This document shows, one piece after another, positions 50,301-63,129 of a stretch of DNA of 64,000 bases; position 1 is the first letter of the stretch; each line of letters starts with the position of its first letter. This stretch comes from Yuukianura sp. NJ FZ-2021. Lineage: Eukaryota. The translations under genes and the position numbers were made by a program. The notes beneath the pieces are model-generated. The model had not been told where the DNA came from and did not search any database. It saw only the letters and a list, made by a program, of their open reading frames with translations. The stretch covers positions 1,116,001-1,180,000 of the forward strand of contig CM102290.1 of NCBI GenBank assembly GCA_046563655.1, in the 5' to 3' direction.

Positions 50301-53300
50301 AGTATTTAATGTAGTAGTTCGTTTACTTACATGTTCACTGTACTCAGCCATAGTCAACGGTTCAGAATCTGATTGACGATCAAGGCGACTTGCTCTTACT
50401 TTCAGATCAGGGTGATGTTCAGTCATGTGCTGCAGGAGATCAGGTAAGTACCGCGCTGCTTCATGAATTATAGCCATCACAAAGTACGCAGAACCAGAAT
50501 CACATTCACTGAACGCCAGCTACAAATTTTTAGAAATTAGACTGAAGGTAGTTCAAAAATGATCTTATAAAACTCGTTACAACAACATACTTGAAAAAAT
50601 TCATCTGTCAAGCTATTGATTTCTTCGGGACCAAGATGCTCAAAATCCTTCTGGCACGCATGAAGAGTCATGGCTCCTCCATTGGGATGAGTTTTCATGT
50701 GGAAGTACTCCTTGTACTTCAACTGGGCGTAGAGTTCGTCTAGGGGAGTCAACTGACTTGAACTCGACTTTAGCGGGGACTGACTTGGAGATCCGACAGA
50801 GTATGGAACATCAGCAGTGAGATCAGCTAAAGTAGACTTGAACATGGCCGAATTGCTTCGCTCGTTTCTAGGTAAGTAAATCCGTTATAAATGTAAGACT
50901 GATCGATTACTTTGCACAACAAAAAAAAAACTTACTTCAGCTCTTCAATGCCATCAATCAGCTTCATTCTCTTGGCGTCTCCGTGGAGCTCATGTTCACC
51001 CTTACGTATTCTAGACCTGTCGCCGTCGATGTCGACAGGATTGTCTACTTGAAAGGAGTTGGGCACATCACTATCAAGATCGAAATCTTCTCTCTCAAGA
51101 TTAGGACCATTTGTAGTTCCAAAGCCAGAGTTGTGATCTAGTATTCACAAAAGATTCACTCACAAAAGGTGCAACACGGAATTCCAATTTCGAACGAGGG
51201 TAACATTTCATCGAATATAAAAATTTAAAAAAACAAAACAAAAAAATCTTACGCACCGCTAAGACAAGCCGGTTCCAACTTTGGTGGGGCATCCGAAATG
51301 AACGAAGTTTTCAAATCGTCTTCGTTGCTAACAGTTGATTTTTCTTCCAGCAAATCAAGTTTATCTTCATGCGAAGGGCGTTCGGGAAACGAGATTGGAC
51401 TAGATTCTGTGGTAGAAGAGAGTTCGATAATATTAGATATTGAACCCGGGTTAAGCGATTGTCGTTACTTTTTTGAAACTCAAGACACTTCATATATTCT
51501 AGTTTTGAATTTGATATATACTCCTTACCATCTCCATCGGCTAAGTCCCAAGTAATTCGTGGCACGTCTTCTTGAGCATCGGAATACATATCGTTATTTC
51601 CATAGTATGTATCGTGCAAATCTTCTTGCTGCCCGTCCTCCTCTTCGCTGTTCTCGTTGACATCATTCACCAAGTCGACATCCTCCTTTCTTGTTGACAA
51701 ATCACCGGATTCTCCATAATCTGCTGGGTAAACACATTCATCATCGTCCAGTACAGGTGGATACTGGTTTTTATCTGGAAATGGTTCGCCGGCATTCGGG
51801 TCTGCATCGATCACAGGATCGCCGTAGTAATCCATGAACTGTCCACCATTTTCATGTACTTGGGTACGGGGCTCTGGGAACCTATTTTCAATTCGGACTT
51901 CTCTGTCAGAACTGGATGACGAAGACGAAGATGAACAAGATGACGAGGATGAGGAGCTGGATGTAGATGATGATGAAGAAGAAGAAGAGCAGGAAGAGCC
52001 TGAGGAATGTCGAGATCGGGCAGGCTTGGTCATTACGAAATCAGGATTGTACTATAGAGTGAATTTTCAATTCATTTTAGCATTAACATATATTTTATAA
52101 GTTATGAAAATTATAGAACTTCAACCCATAACTCACTGGGAAAGACGGCGACTGACATGGGGGTTGAATGTTACCAGTCGAATGTAGCACGTTTTGTCCG
52201 TCCCATCCGGCAACACTATCAGGTTGTGGAGGAGTATTTTGATTTGTACCAAGTTCAGTTTCGATTCTGGCGTACTCAGGATGGCCATCTATGTCCTGAT
52301 AAGCTCCCTGGTCAGAAGAGTCCAATAGCCCGACTCCAACAGGTACCATGTCATGTTGAACGTATTCCACTGTAATTCAAAGTCATATAAACTTTTACTC
52401 GTGATTCTGATTCTAGAAAACTGCAATTGAAGGCCGAAACTCCAAATTCGGAAACAACCCGATTGGAAGACAAACGTGTTTGATGATAGTAATGAGTCTG
52501 TGAATACCTTGGTGGTGTAATTGAGCGGAAGGCCAAGGCAGATTTTCGACTTTTGCATCCATCTCCTCTCCAGCCACAAAAAATCCTGGTGGCAACATTG
52601 ATGAATTATTATATGGTGACGGACATTGTTCTAGTTCATCTTCCGAGGACTCTGACAATGACATATTGAAGTTATTACGACTGTCATATTCAGCATCATC
52701 AGGCTGTTGGTTAAAAGAACAACAATTAATGATTTTATAACTATTAAATATAATATTCACAAAACGACGGTGACACTGGTCACTGCCACACAACCAATAC
52801 CAATCTGTCTGATTTCTAGCTCATACTTATAATACAATAAGCTGTTCTCGCTTGACTTCAGGGTTGGCAAAATGACGTCATTTTCACGAAAATGACGTCA
52901 AAAACGTTTAAAACGTTAAAAACGCGTCAAAAACGTCAGAAACGTCAGAAACCTTTCTTCAAAAATTTAAATCTTTAATTCTAAATTGCCGGTTAACCTA
53001 CATTGTAAACTTGCTAACTATTACATTATAACGTATACCCGCTGTCAGTTCTCACTACTGTTCGCTAAATTGACGTCAGTCACCTCCCTGCAGCCTGGTA
53101 GGCTGCAGGGAGGTGTGTACTTGAAGTATTTGATTATTTTTGTTACATGAGACGCAATGTTGGGTATTTGAACATCATGAGAAAATAGGTTCAAAACTTG
53201 AGCAACGCAGCCATATTGGATAATTGAGATGTATTCATTTTTTTTCAAGCTCACGACGCATTTTTGCAACGTTCCCTGTGTTACCAGTAACGAATGCTCT

Positions 53301-53971
53301 GACGCAGACGCGTCATTCCGTTGCACATCTGTCGATTTCTTCTTTCGCCAAAGTTCTCAAACATTGGGATGTGCGCGCATGCCCTGATGTGTCAATAAAG
53401 CTTGTTAAAGCTTGATTTCCTTCAGAATCAGCGATTGATATACCGACAATTGGTTCGTTCTGGACCTTGGACCAACCATCAAGACACATTGTTGCTGATT
53501 TTTCTTTAAATTTGAACGCGAATGCACGGTTTTATAAGAAATGAATCTGACAAAAATGACGTTTTCTGACAAGGGGTCTTGTCATAAACGTTTATGACTG
53601 ACGTTTTTGACTGACGTCATGGTCATTTTGCCAACCCTGCTTGACTTGTTCAGTTTCTTTAGATGCTAATATTACAAAACGGGAAAAGTTAAGTAATGAA
53701 GGAGAGGATACGCAACCGTCTTGTTTTGTTTGCAGTAAACAGGCAGGAAGTTATCGGTAGCCGTTTTAAAACCAAGCCTCTCAAATACTACCTTGGAATA
53801 CAGACTATCGGAAAAGTAATCATAATATGCTAGACGTACGTTATTCCTTTTGCCGCTTGATGGGAATGTTGGAAGAGGCGCGACTAGATTTGCGTTATCC
53901 TGAACACCGGAACGGTGACGCTCCGCCTTGGGTTTTTTCTTCGAAATGCCTTTGTTAGCAGTTGTATCCAT
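44360..53971 (-). CDS. RSBN1: RSBN1/RSBN1L-like (KDM9 lysine demethylase family) protein, ~14 exons, ~1420 aa; 5' exons less certain
   Basis: Exons 53971-53792, 52703-52508, 52369-52137, 52051-51529, 51406-51257, 51137-50936, 50867-50591, 50519-50331, 47173-47033, 46959-46820, 46622-46483, 46417-46278, 46189-46039, 45963-44360 (4266 nt, in phase). Conserved core: [95 protein letters not shown] and [22 protein letters not shown]. Confidence 0.9.
47386..48760. mobile_element. Non-autonomous P-element-type transposon carrying a minisatellite, in an RSBN1 intron
   Basis: Perfect 36-bp TIR CAAGGCAACTAAACAAAAAGACACACCGCATTACTA (47386-47421 / 48725-48760). 8-bp near-duplication GCCCCAAC / GTCCCAAC. 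Subterminal CCG(G)ATCA-type repeats at both ends; no transposase. Confidence 0.82.
47925..48333. repeat. GC-rich minisatellite of GCGCAGT (7-mer) and GCGCAGT(G/A)CTT (11-mer) units
   Basis: A directly visible ~400-bp tandem array; it produces the spurious repetitive ORFs in five frames. Confidence 0.95.
48799..50018 (+). mobile_element. Helentron-associated (HINE/DINE-1-like) non-autonomous element with ~290-bp internal tandem repeats
   Basis: 13-bp subterminal inverted repeat TAAGTAGCGAAAG (48799-48811) / CTTTCGCTACTTA (49984-49996). (CTGT/CCGT)n microsatellites at ~48838-48878 and ~49789-49843. About three tandem copies of a ~290-bp unit (GGTCAAAGGTCAAGGTCAAATAC at ~48999, 49288, 49577). 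Degenerate 3' hairpin and T-rich flanks. Confidence 0.72.
52859..53639. mobile_element. hAT-superfamily DNA transposon, internally deleted, in the 5'-most predicted RSBN1 intron
   Basis: 18-bp perfect TIR CAGGGTTGGCAAAATGAC. Perfect 8-bp TSD CTTGACTT (52851-52858 / 53640-53647). Subterminal TGACGT/AAACGT repeats. Confidence 0.92.
53110..53505 (-). pseudogene. Dead hAT transposase fragment (DUF659/RNase H-like core)
   Basis: Translation [20 protein letters not shown]...IDTSGH...[46 protein letters not shown]. It has an in-frame TGA at 53315-53313 and a frameshift in the A-run near 53240. VTDN is changed to VTGN and CxxH to CVAQ. Confidence 0.8.
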
Positions 53972-56900
53972 TATGGATTGCCCATGTAGGTGGACGTGAA
54001 CTACTCCTGAAACAAAATTCAAAGAAACCATTACAGAAACCATCCGTAATTCAAAAATAGGCTTCTGAGACGAGGTCAAATGTCAGCTTCTCAGAACTAC
54101 AGTTAAAGTAACATTTTACCCGGAATACAAACTGTGAAAAGGTAATAAAATTTGAACAATGGAAATGGACTCTTAAATTCAGCGTTCGATGACATGTACG
54201 GAATCTTCATAAAATCTTTTACCTTCCCTCTTCTGAAAACGTTAAGAGAGTACATTCCAGCGCAATTTCAACCTTAGTTGAATTGTTTTTAAGGCTTAGA
54301 ATATGAAAAAGATGTGGATATTGAATGACTGAAACCAAAGACAGCGTCGAAAAAAATGATAAGATAGAAGGTTAAGGAAGTAATTTAACTTGTCAACACT
54401 GTCACAGCTATACCAAAGAAAGAACGATGGCCCTGGCCCTGTGGTGGTCTCGATTAATTGCGCGAATCCTAAATTTTTAATTAAATTTGAACGTTAGACC
54501 ACAATTTCTACATAATAAGTCTCTACTATAATTTAAACTAACTTTAACTAACCTGTGACTTAGTTTGTCAATTTACGGATGAAGTGTCTTCTTAACTTTG
54601 ACTTTCCTCCGATTTGATTTGTGTCCAGTGCGTTGGATGATTTGGAGACTTGAGTCGTCAACTGATTGTTGACGATAACATGACAACTGACGAATGAGGG
54701 AAGTGACAAGTGACTGTTCTTGTACTGTTTCCGAGGAACCCTTCGCACAACCAACAGTGTCCTTAATCGAGCAGGATTAATTGAACTGGCTCCGTTTGTT
54801 GTATCCGACTCCGATTACAATCGACTAAAGGTAGAGTATAGCAGGAGGATTTGATACCTATGAGTTTGTGTAACTACGACGAGTCAGGAGAAATGATGAC
54901 GAGCAGCCTCTACCACCACCAACCACACAGTTGACTTTACTACACATGGTGCGCAGCTACGAACCATATTCGCTCCTTTACAATTTATATGGAAAAGCGT
55001 AATAAGCTTTACACAAGGGAAACAATTGAAATAGAAATTCTAGCAAGATCTTGACTATATCCACATCCACCTTCCGCCATCGTGATCTACGTCGTCCATT
55101 ACTTTACTACAAGTCCGTGTCCAACCGACAATGTTATCTGTATAGCCTTCAGACAGGAAAAACTCCCGCTCACAACCCGAACCCATAAACATTCTCACCT
55201 CAGACGTATCCATCCAAATGCTTAAAATAATTTGGTTACTCGTGGCAACCACACTGGACCCAACGTAATCAAATCATACATATATTGCTTTGTTGTATTC
55301 ACGGGCATGGACGCTGGGAACATGTAATCTTTTAGTACTTGGTAACCATCATTTTCTAAAGCCTTCTAGAGTGTAGCTTTGGAATTGAATCTGGGAAGCG
55401 CAATTTCTAATTAGCTTAGAGTTTATGAGATACGTCTAGTTGTTCTTCCAGGTAAAATCCGGTTTTGGAATTAAGTTATTTAGGCATACTGCTTAAACCT
55501 ACAAGAACTAATTAATAAGGAACCGAGCTCGGAGGTTGACGTAAATTCGTCGTTGTGTCACGTAGTATGGACTGTTTCGTGGCACAAAGAATACATGTGT
55601 CCAGGACTGCCATCGTTGCCAAGACAACAAGCGCCTAGTCTCAAATTGACAGGGAAGAGTATATCCATACGAACCATTCACCACACTCGTGCAAAAACCT
55701 CCGTTCCCGCACCCCATACACAGTTTGTGACCTCGCCGGTTTCTTGACTTCGGATAGTTAAGAGTAGAGGTTCAAACAATGAAAGAGCGGAAAGATTTTA
55801 ACAAAATATCAAAAAAAAACGTATGAAAATTATGATGCAGTTCTTGGTTTATTCACCCAATTTTTAGACCCTTTTGCATTAAAAGCTTAGGAGTGTTTAC
55901 TAGTAACTTAAGATGAATTATGGTCGAGCCCAAGATTTGTGACAAGATTTGTTCTGATGCACATTATTAATTAAGGAGCGAAAGGATGAGCTACTATATT
56001 ACATGTGTATTTAAATAACTACGGGTAGGGTGTTCGTGGTGCGTGTCGGTAATGCTGGAGGCGGAATTTTGGAATTACATTTGTGGTTGAGAGATGGGGG
56101 TAATGTGGTTTGGAGAGAACTGTTTACCGGGTGCAAAGCGAAGTAAAGCGGAGGAGATGCCATGTAATATGGCCATATGCAACAGCCCCCTGGATGTCAC
56201 TTCAATGGAATTCGGTTCATACGAAACTCAAAGAATTTACTAGAAGAACGCCACGCACGTCAATTTTACACGACGTTTGCGAATCTTCTACTTACTACAC
56301 GGATCATTTGAGAAGCGACGCGACGTCAAAATTTGAAGGAGCAGGTTGTAAATCGTATACTTTCCGGTGACCATCACAAATCGTTTGCGAAGGGAATGAG
56401 AACGTAGGAAACGAAAAGTCAGATACCCAATACAAGCTAAGCCTCAGTTGCTAAAACGTTATTTCTGTACAACACCTAGTTTACCAAGGTTTAGTAAGTT
56501 CAGCGCAAGCTTGTAAGGGTTCATAAACAAATTACATTAGGTCTTGCATAATACATATTATAGTTACACAGTTTGCAATTTGATGAAACTCCAAAGTAAT
56601 TCCATTACTAATATTGTTGAGGGGAAATGATTTTTTTTCATAACGCAAGTTTTACAAGGAAGTTTTTAAAATTTTAGAAAATGTTTAGTTTTGGCGTGTG
56701 TAAAAGCACCAGCAATCAACACAAAACATTGAACAAGAACAACACAATGCTACTCTGCATCTGCTAAAGTAGTAAGTTCCTTATAGATTAGTACTTTCTC
56801 GGTTCCTTTACATGAGACGAACCACCCAACCACCCACACAACATTAACACTACGTTGACGTATTGCCACCCGTTCTATTTGAAAAAGAACGCCAATTTGT

Positions 56901-58773
56901 TTCATAGCATAGAGTCAAAGGCTCAACTGCGCAACCGTGGTTCGCCCGCTCAAACTGCTACGTATCTATGGATAGCCATTCTCTACGTCCTGCTCAACAT
57001 TCTTGGCACACATTTTCCGTCAAACTTATTACTTATGTTTTTTGCTGTTTCAAAAAAAAATACATTTGAAATAATACAAGAAATGGTAATAAAAACGTTC
57101 ACCCTTCGAAGACTGGTTGGGTGATTTAATTACTTCTATATGTTTTATTCTTATTTTACTTCATTATTTTTGCAGTAACGTCTTAACTGTTGTTTATTGT
57201 TAACATTCATTGTTAATCATATTAGCTCACTACTGTTTTAGCAAGTGCTTCGTAAAAAGCGCTTTTTCACAGTCGGTGCTTTGCCGTTTGCTGTTTTTGG
57301 TTTAAAACCACAAACCGTTATGTAAAATGCCTTGCCTACGTTGCTAACCGGATGTAAATTTCACAAGTTATACATCCAAGCGATGTATGTTTGTCGGATA
57401 TAAGTTAGATAATACAATTATTAGTTAGTTTTAACATCTAAAAAGTCAAAATTGTAAAAAGTTAATTAATTTGTAAGTTTTAAGATAGCAGAAGGTCATC
57501 AACAGCAATCACAAAAAAAGGTGCGTAAAAAGCAAAAGAAGCAAGCACGAACCTTTAAAGTAAGTCGGAACACTGGTTTTAACAAAAAAAAATTATTACC
57601 TGCTGGAGCAACGAATGGATCTATTGAGAAAGAAACGTTTAAAACTCATTTATATTATAAGCTACTTCGGACACACATGCAGTAACACAAAAAAGCATCG
57701 ATAAAATTATAAATATCATAGTTTTCAAGAATTTGCTCATATTTAAAACGAATTCTGGATGTTGAAATGGTTTCAACTTTCAATCATGCTCTTCGAGTAC
57801 ATGGACAACACAAATTTTTAAAACGTAACCTAACCTTTGACTCTACTCGAAAATACAGGTATGTTTTTTGGTTGATTAGTTTCACTTGTATCCGTTCAAT
57901 TAAAACTTTCCAAACTTAATACTTTTGTACTAATACCTTTGAATCAGTATTTGTTATACTTGTAAAATGTGTGGAAATGATTACTAAATGGACGTCCCAG
58001 TGTGGAACGTAGTTGGTGTGTAAGCGTATATTTGTTCTTAGTTTGAACTTGGAGTTTGGGTGTGCAAGGCGGCAGAAGACAGTGAAGAGAGAGACGGGAC
58101 TCGGCGTGTGTAAAAGCGGAGGAGAAGGAGAAGGATTCTTCCCTCTTCGTCTTTCTTTCATTTCACTCGCAGTAGTGGCAGACGACGTTGCTTTTCTCCT
58201 CCATTAACTCCTTCGTCGTCACTTACAACACCTCTTACCCGTGTCATTCTTACTTAACTAATTACGGTAAGCATTTAGCATAGTTCCAGAGGTAGAGGTC
58301 AACTCTCATGTGCAAGGTTTGCCCTTAATTCCGCGTTTTCTACGAGATCAAACAGTATATTTAAAACCGGTGTGGGTGCCGCCGGCTAGGCAAGAGCATC
58401 CTCTCTTCCAGGCAACACAAAGCAACATTGTCTCGTTAAGTTTAATGTAAGTAAACTATAACGTTATTGAGCATAGGCGTTTTGCAATAATTGTGTCGTT
58501 TGTAAAATGAGTGGGTTAAGTACGTTGGGCACCACGATTTTAATAGAGTTTCGATTTCCAACGTAGAACGCGCGGGTGAACGTCAGTCAATAGGTTTGGT
58601 AATAGTCGACGTTGAAACGACGTTCATATGCGGTAAATGACTGAAGCAGACGCGTTTATTCATGACACTCTGACTTATGTCTCTTTCTGACGTGTGTTAC
58701 TGATACTGACTATGATTGAGATTGAATGAGCTTGTCGTAATTTTGTTTATATGTTTTCTCTGTAGATCTAAAC

Positions 58774-60015
58774 ATGGCATCTCAAAATTCGTCGGGCCCA
58801 ACACCACGGAAGCTGAAAAAGTTAGATGAATCACAAAATTCACCTCAAAGTGATGATGACGACTCACAGGATACTGGGTTCGATCCAGCGACTCAAAAGG
58901 CCCTTGAGGAGATTGACACTCTTCAGAATGAAATCGACGGTTTGAATGAAAAGGCATCGGAAGAGATTCTCACCGTTGAACAGAAATACAACAAACTGCG
59001 GAAACCCCATTTCGACAAAAGGAATGAGATCATTTCCAGAGTCAAGAACTTCTGGATTACTGCTGTGAGTTTTCGATTGGCAAATTAAAATTTAATGCTT
59101 GAACGGATAATTGAGCTGAGTTTGTATGGTGACCCTTAGATGGTAAATCATCCCCAAGTATCTCTGTTGATTGACGAGGAAGAGGAAGACTGTCTGCATT
59201 TCTTGAAGAAAATGGAAGTCGAAGAATTTGATGACATCAAATCGGGATATCGGTAATGTAAATTGCAATTGCGGAAAGCAGGACAGAACCTTACAAACTT
59301 CAAACTTAAGCGTGATTTAATTTTACAGCATAAAGTTCTACTTTGACACTGAAAACCCATTCTTCACAAATGAACTTTTGGTTAAGGAGTTTCACCTTGG
59401 AGGTATTTTGTCATCATTTAACTTTCACACTAAGTTTTAGTTCTTTAATTTCACCTTCAACTTGTCAATAAATAAAACAGGGGAACCCAGATCAACGAGT
59501 ACGGAGATCAACTGGAAACCTGGAATGGATTTGACCAAGAGGATCAAAGATTCCAACGCTCAGCGTAGGAAGCGAGGTTTCGAACCAAAGAACTTCTTCT
59601 CATGGATGAGTGATCATGGCGACCCATCGTCCGACGACATTGCTGAAGTAAGTAACTTACGTTTAAATATAATGCCACAGCCAGCCGTTTACACCTCTAC
59701 CAATCTTTTCATTTGTCATTGACTTGACAGGTTATTAAAGACGACTTGTGGCCGAATCCGCTTCAGTACTATTTGGTCCCTGATATTGATGGCAATGGAA
59801 TGGAGGAAGACGATAGGTATGAGCTCTGCATCATGTTGTAGGTTAGTTAGTGATACTGATTTCTTATTTCAATTTAAATTTGTAGTGACGAGGACGCGGA
59901 AGAGGATGACGATGATGAGGCAGTCGTCGTGGTGGAGGAGGAGGAAGATGGCGACGATGATGATGACGACGGAGGTGTTGACAAGGACGAGACACAGGAC
60001 GATGAAGATGATTAG
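58774..60015 (+). CDS. SET: Protein SET / TAF-I (NAP-family histone chaperone, PP2A inhibitor), 6 coding exons, 286 aa
   Basis: Exons 58774-59064, 59140-59252, 59329-59402, 59481-59647, 59731-59816, 59886-60015 (861 nt). Motifs [74 protein letters not shown] and an acidic tail. A probable non-coding first exon ends near 58266 (donor GTAAGC). Confidence 0.96.
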
Positions 60016-60362
60016 TTAATTCGCACCGAAGACTAGAACCAAGAAATAACCTATCTCCGGCTTAAGGTTTAATTGGCTCATTGTTTTATACTCTAGATAT
60101 GTTTTCTGACAAAGAATTAAAGAAGTTCTTATCACTGTTAATTTTTCTTTGTAAGCCAGTTAGCCCAAAGACATCTATTAATTACCTATGTTTATGAGAT
60201 ACTAGAGTAAGGCAGTGGTGATGGTAGTCATCATTGTTTTTACTGGGCTTACCTTTAACAATAACCGTATACAGTTAAATTTATTTTGTTCTTGATAAAA
60301 ACACGTTACTATATATTAAAGGGGAATTTTCTTCCGAGTTTTCTGTTCAAGTATAAGCGTAA

Positions 60363-60368
60363 AATAAA
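60363..60368 (+). terminator. Probable polyadenylation signal of SET
   Basis: AATAAA ~350 nt after the SET stop codon, followed by a GT/T-rich tract. Confidence 0.45.
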
Positions 60369-60439
60369 GTTTTTGATCGTTTATTGGTTGTAGTAAACTC
60401 GTTTTTTAACTGCGCCGAATCGAAATCAAGCAGTTAAAC

Positions 60440-60710
60440 TTTTACTAACTTTATGTATCCATGTTGTTGTCTGTCTGGCTGGCCAGCCGTCCGTCCGATC
60501 GCGTCAATTGTCTCGGAAGCGGCGCAATATTTCCTGGATTTTTCGCTGGTAGACTAGACACCTAGTGAAACAGAGATGTTAATTATTGAATATCATCCCT
60601 GTTGTTCAACTCCAGCTTCAAAGGTCAAGGTCAACTAATAACATACAGAATGACCTTGGCAACACTATCTTTCGCTACTTTTGTACACTCCGGGTTATAA
60701 CCGGATTTAG
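60440..60710 (+). mobile_element. Short degenerate relative of the HINE/DINE-1-like element
   Basis: GTCT/GTCC microsatellite remnant, CAAAGGTCAAGGTCAA, the same 3' subTIR CTTTCGCTACTT (60669-60680), and a 3' hairpin TCCGGGTTATAACCGGA (60689-60705). Confidence 0.6.
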
Positions 60711-61139
60711 TAATACATATTTAGAACCAGTTGCGAGAAGTTTGATACTAGTTAGGTAGAGAACGAGATACACATCAACCTTCCTCTTTGTAATAATTAC
60801 AGGTTGAAAAGCCTTTAATTAAAAGTCATAAGAGTTTATTTGGAAATAATTAAATTGTAACTTAAATTTATTTAACTGGAGTATAATTAAAATTAACTAT
60901 AAAAAATATTTAATTGCTGTAACTTTTGTGAGGAATTCTAGAACAGGGTGACGATTTGGGATAAATTCAAATTCTTGACGAGGGAAAGTGAAGTGTGATT
61001 TTGTTTTGATTTTTGGTTCTCAAATGGAAGCGTTTTTCATTAAGGTCATTCTAACGTTAATTAATTAACATTAAAACGGCATTAGGTATTTCTGAACAAG
61101 CCTATTTCACGATAAATTCTTCGTTTATATCAACTCGGA

Positions 61140-63129
61140 ATGAATTTCTCAAAGTCTTTTATAAGACGGAAAGGTCATCCTGTTCCGGATTACGTTACGT
61201 TCGTATTGCAGCGGAAGAAGCATACAATGCGACACTTGTTTCGACCAACAGTGGTAACTCATGATGCTCAAAGTCCAACTAAAATGGATGGTGACACTGG
61301 CTCGAAGAGTTACCGGGTAAGCCCTGGAAAATTGGCTAACAGTGATTTATTTTGTAGATACCATAAATTTCTAGGAAAAGCGAGGAATTAATTCGACGTT
61401 CTATTTTCGTTTTCAGTTGATGACACAACTCGGTTTGATGAAGGCGTCGAGTAGTGGAATGTATAATATGTTGCCGGTTGCTCAAAGGTCGTTGGAGAAA
61501 CTGAATAATATTATTGACAACTTCATGCGATCAGTAAATGCTCAAAAATTGCAGCTTCCTACGCTCACCCCGATGACGTTATGGGAGCGATCAGGTACTA
61601 GCGCTGAATGGAATTAATCACAATTACTAAGCCAATGCGCAACTATTGTTATGTTTAAATCCTTAAGTGACTTTGTTTTTGATTTTTAGGCCGTTTGAGT
61701 GAATGTGATTTGGAACTCATGAAAGTCACTGATCGTCAGTCCCGGAAATACATCCTAAGTCCGGTGATCCATCAACTCTTCCCACTTTAATGGAATTTGC
61801 AAAATTCACGAGTTCAATGAGATGATAAACTTTAGTGATTTTGTTCTCGCAGACACACGAAGAAGCTGTATGCGATTTACTTCAAGGGACTCAGATCAGT
61901 CATAAGCAACTACCGTTGAGGCTATACCAGACTACGAACAAATTCCGTGATGAAATTAGACCAAGATTTGGATTGCTGCGTGGTCGGGAGTTCCTGATGA
62001 AAGATCTATATACATTCGACAAAGACTCCGACAGTGCGAAAAGAACTTACGAAGAAGTAAATGCCGCTTACGCTGCACTTTTCAATTTCCTTGGAGTGAA
62101 ATGGGTCAAAGGTATACAAACAAGACATTTTTTTTACTGTTTGATTACAGATTGGCTAGTAAATATTAATGGAGGGTACTTGTGGTATTTTACAGCTCAG
62201 GGTTCAGCGGGAACAATTGGCGGTGACACTACTCATGAGTATCACTTCGTATCGGCTGTCGGGGAAGATCAAATTCTGATTTGTCGAAACTGTGCTGAGC
62301 ATTTTAATAAGGAATACATTGACAATGCGGGTGCTCCAAGTCTGGACGATACTAACCGCGAAGGTGATTCTGCGCAATGCTTCAACTGTGGTTCTCAAGA
62401 CTTCGATAGAATTGCTGGAATTGAGGTAAAAAAAATGTTATGTTCCTATCATGCTTTTGTTTTCGGAGGTTCATGATTATCGTTTTCATTTTTTACGTAG
62501 GTTGGACACTCCTTCCTTCTCGGAATGAAGTATTCAAAACCAATGAAAACAACATTCATTCACGCCAATGGGAAACCTGCTCTCTTGGAAATGGGCTGTT
62601 ATGGTCTCGGCGTTTCTCGAATCTTAGCTGCTGTAATTGAAGTTTTGTCCACAAATACAGAGATTCGGTGGGCGTTGCCACTGGCTCCTTATTCAGTTGC
62701 CATAATTCCACCAAAGGTGACTAGAAACGTTATTCATTGCCATTAAAAGTATTAGTCAATTTACCCATGTACTAGGATTTGTAAAGAAATACATTTTTCT
62801 TTGGCTTCTTTTATATTTAGGGTGGAAGTAAAGAAGAAAAAATTGGACTTGAGTTGTCGGGAGCACTTCTTGACTACTTCGATAAACTTCTGCCTAACGA
62901 CGTCCTTCTTGACGACCGATCGGAGTTTACAATTGGGAGGCGCTTTACAGATCTCAAGCAAATGGGAATCCCATACGTCATCGTTTTGGGCAAGCGTCTT
63001 ACTGAGAAGCCAAGTGTAATTGAATTTCATGATGTGTACAATGGGATTATAACTGACTTGACAAAGGATGAAGTGTTCAAGTATTGTTATGAGTTGAAAG
63101 ATCGGATGAGTAGTAGTAGTCGTAACTAA
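61140..63129 (+). CDS. PARS2: Mitochondrial prolyl-tRNA synthetase (bacterial-type ProRS), 7 coding exons, 480 aa
   Basis: Exons 61140-61316, 61417-61594, 61690-61763, 61853-62111, 62196-62425, 62501-62716, 62821-63129 (1443 nt). Motifs LWERSGR, LSPTHEEAV, QLPLRLYQTTNKFRDEIRPRFGLLRGREFLMKDLYTFD, GIEVGHSFLLGMKYS, MGCYGLGVSRILAA and the anticodon-binding domain DVLLDDR...IGRRF. Confidence 0.95.

Noticed and set aside
58620..58735. Box C/D snoRNA in the SET 5' intron (several TGA/CTGA motifs)
   Set aside because: There is no clean RTGATGA box C with a terminal stem and no recognisable rRNA guide.
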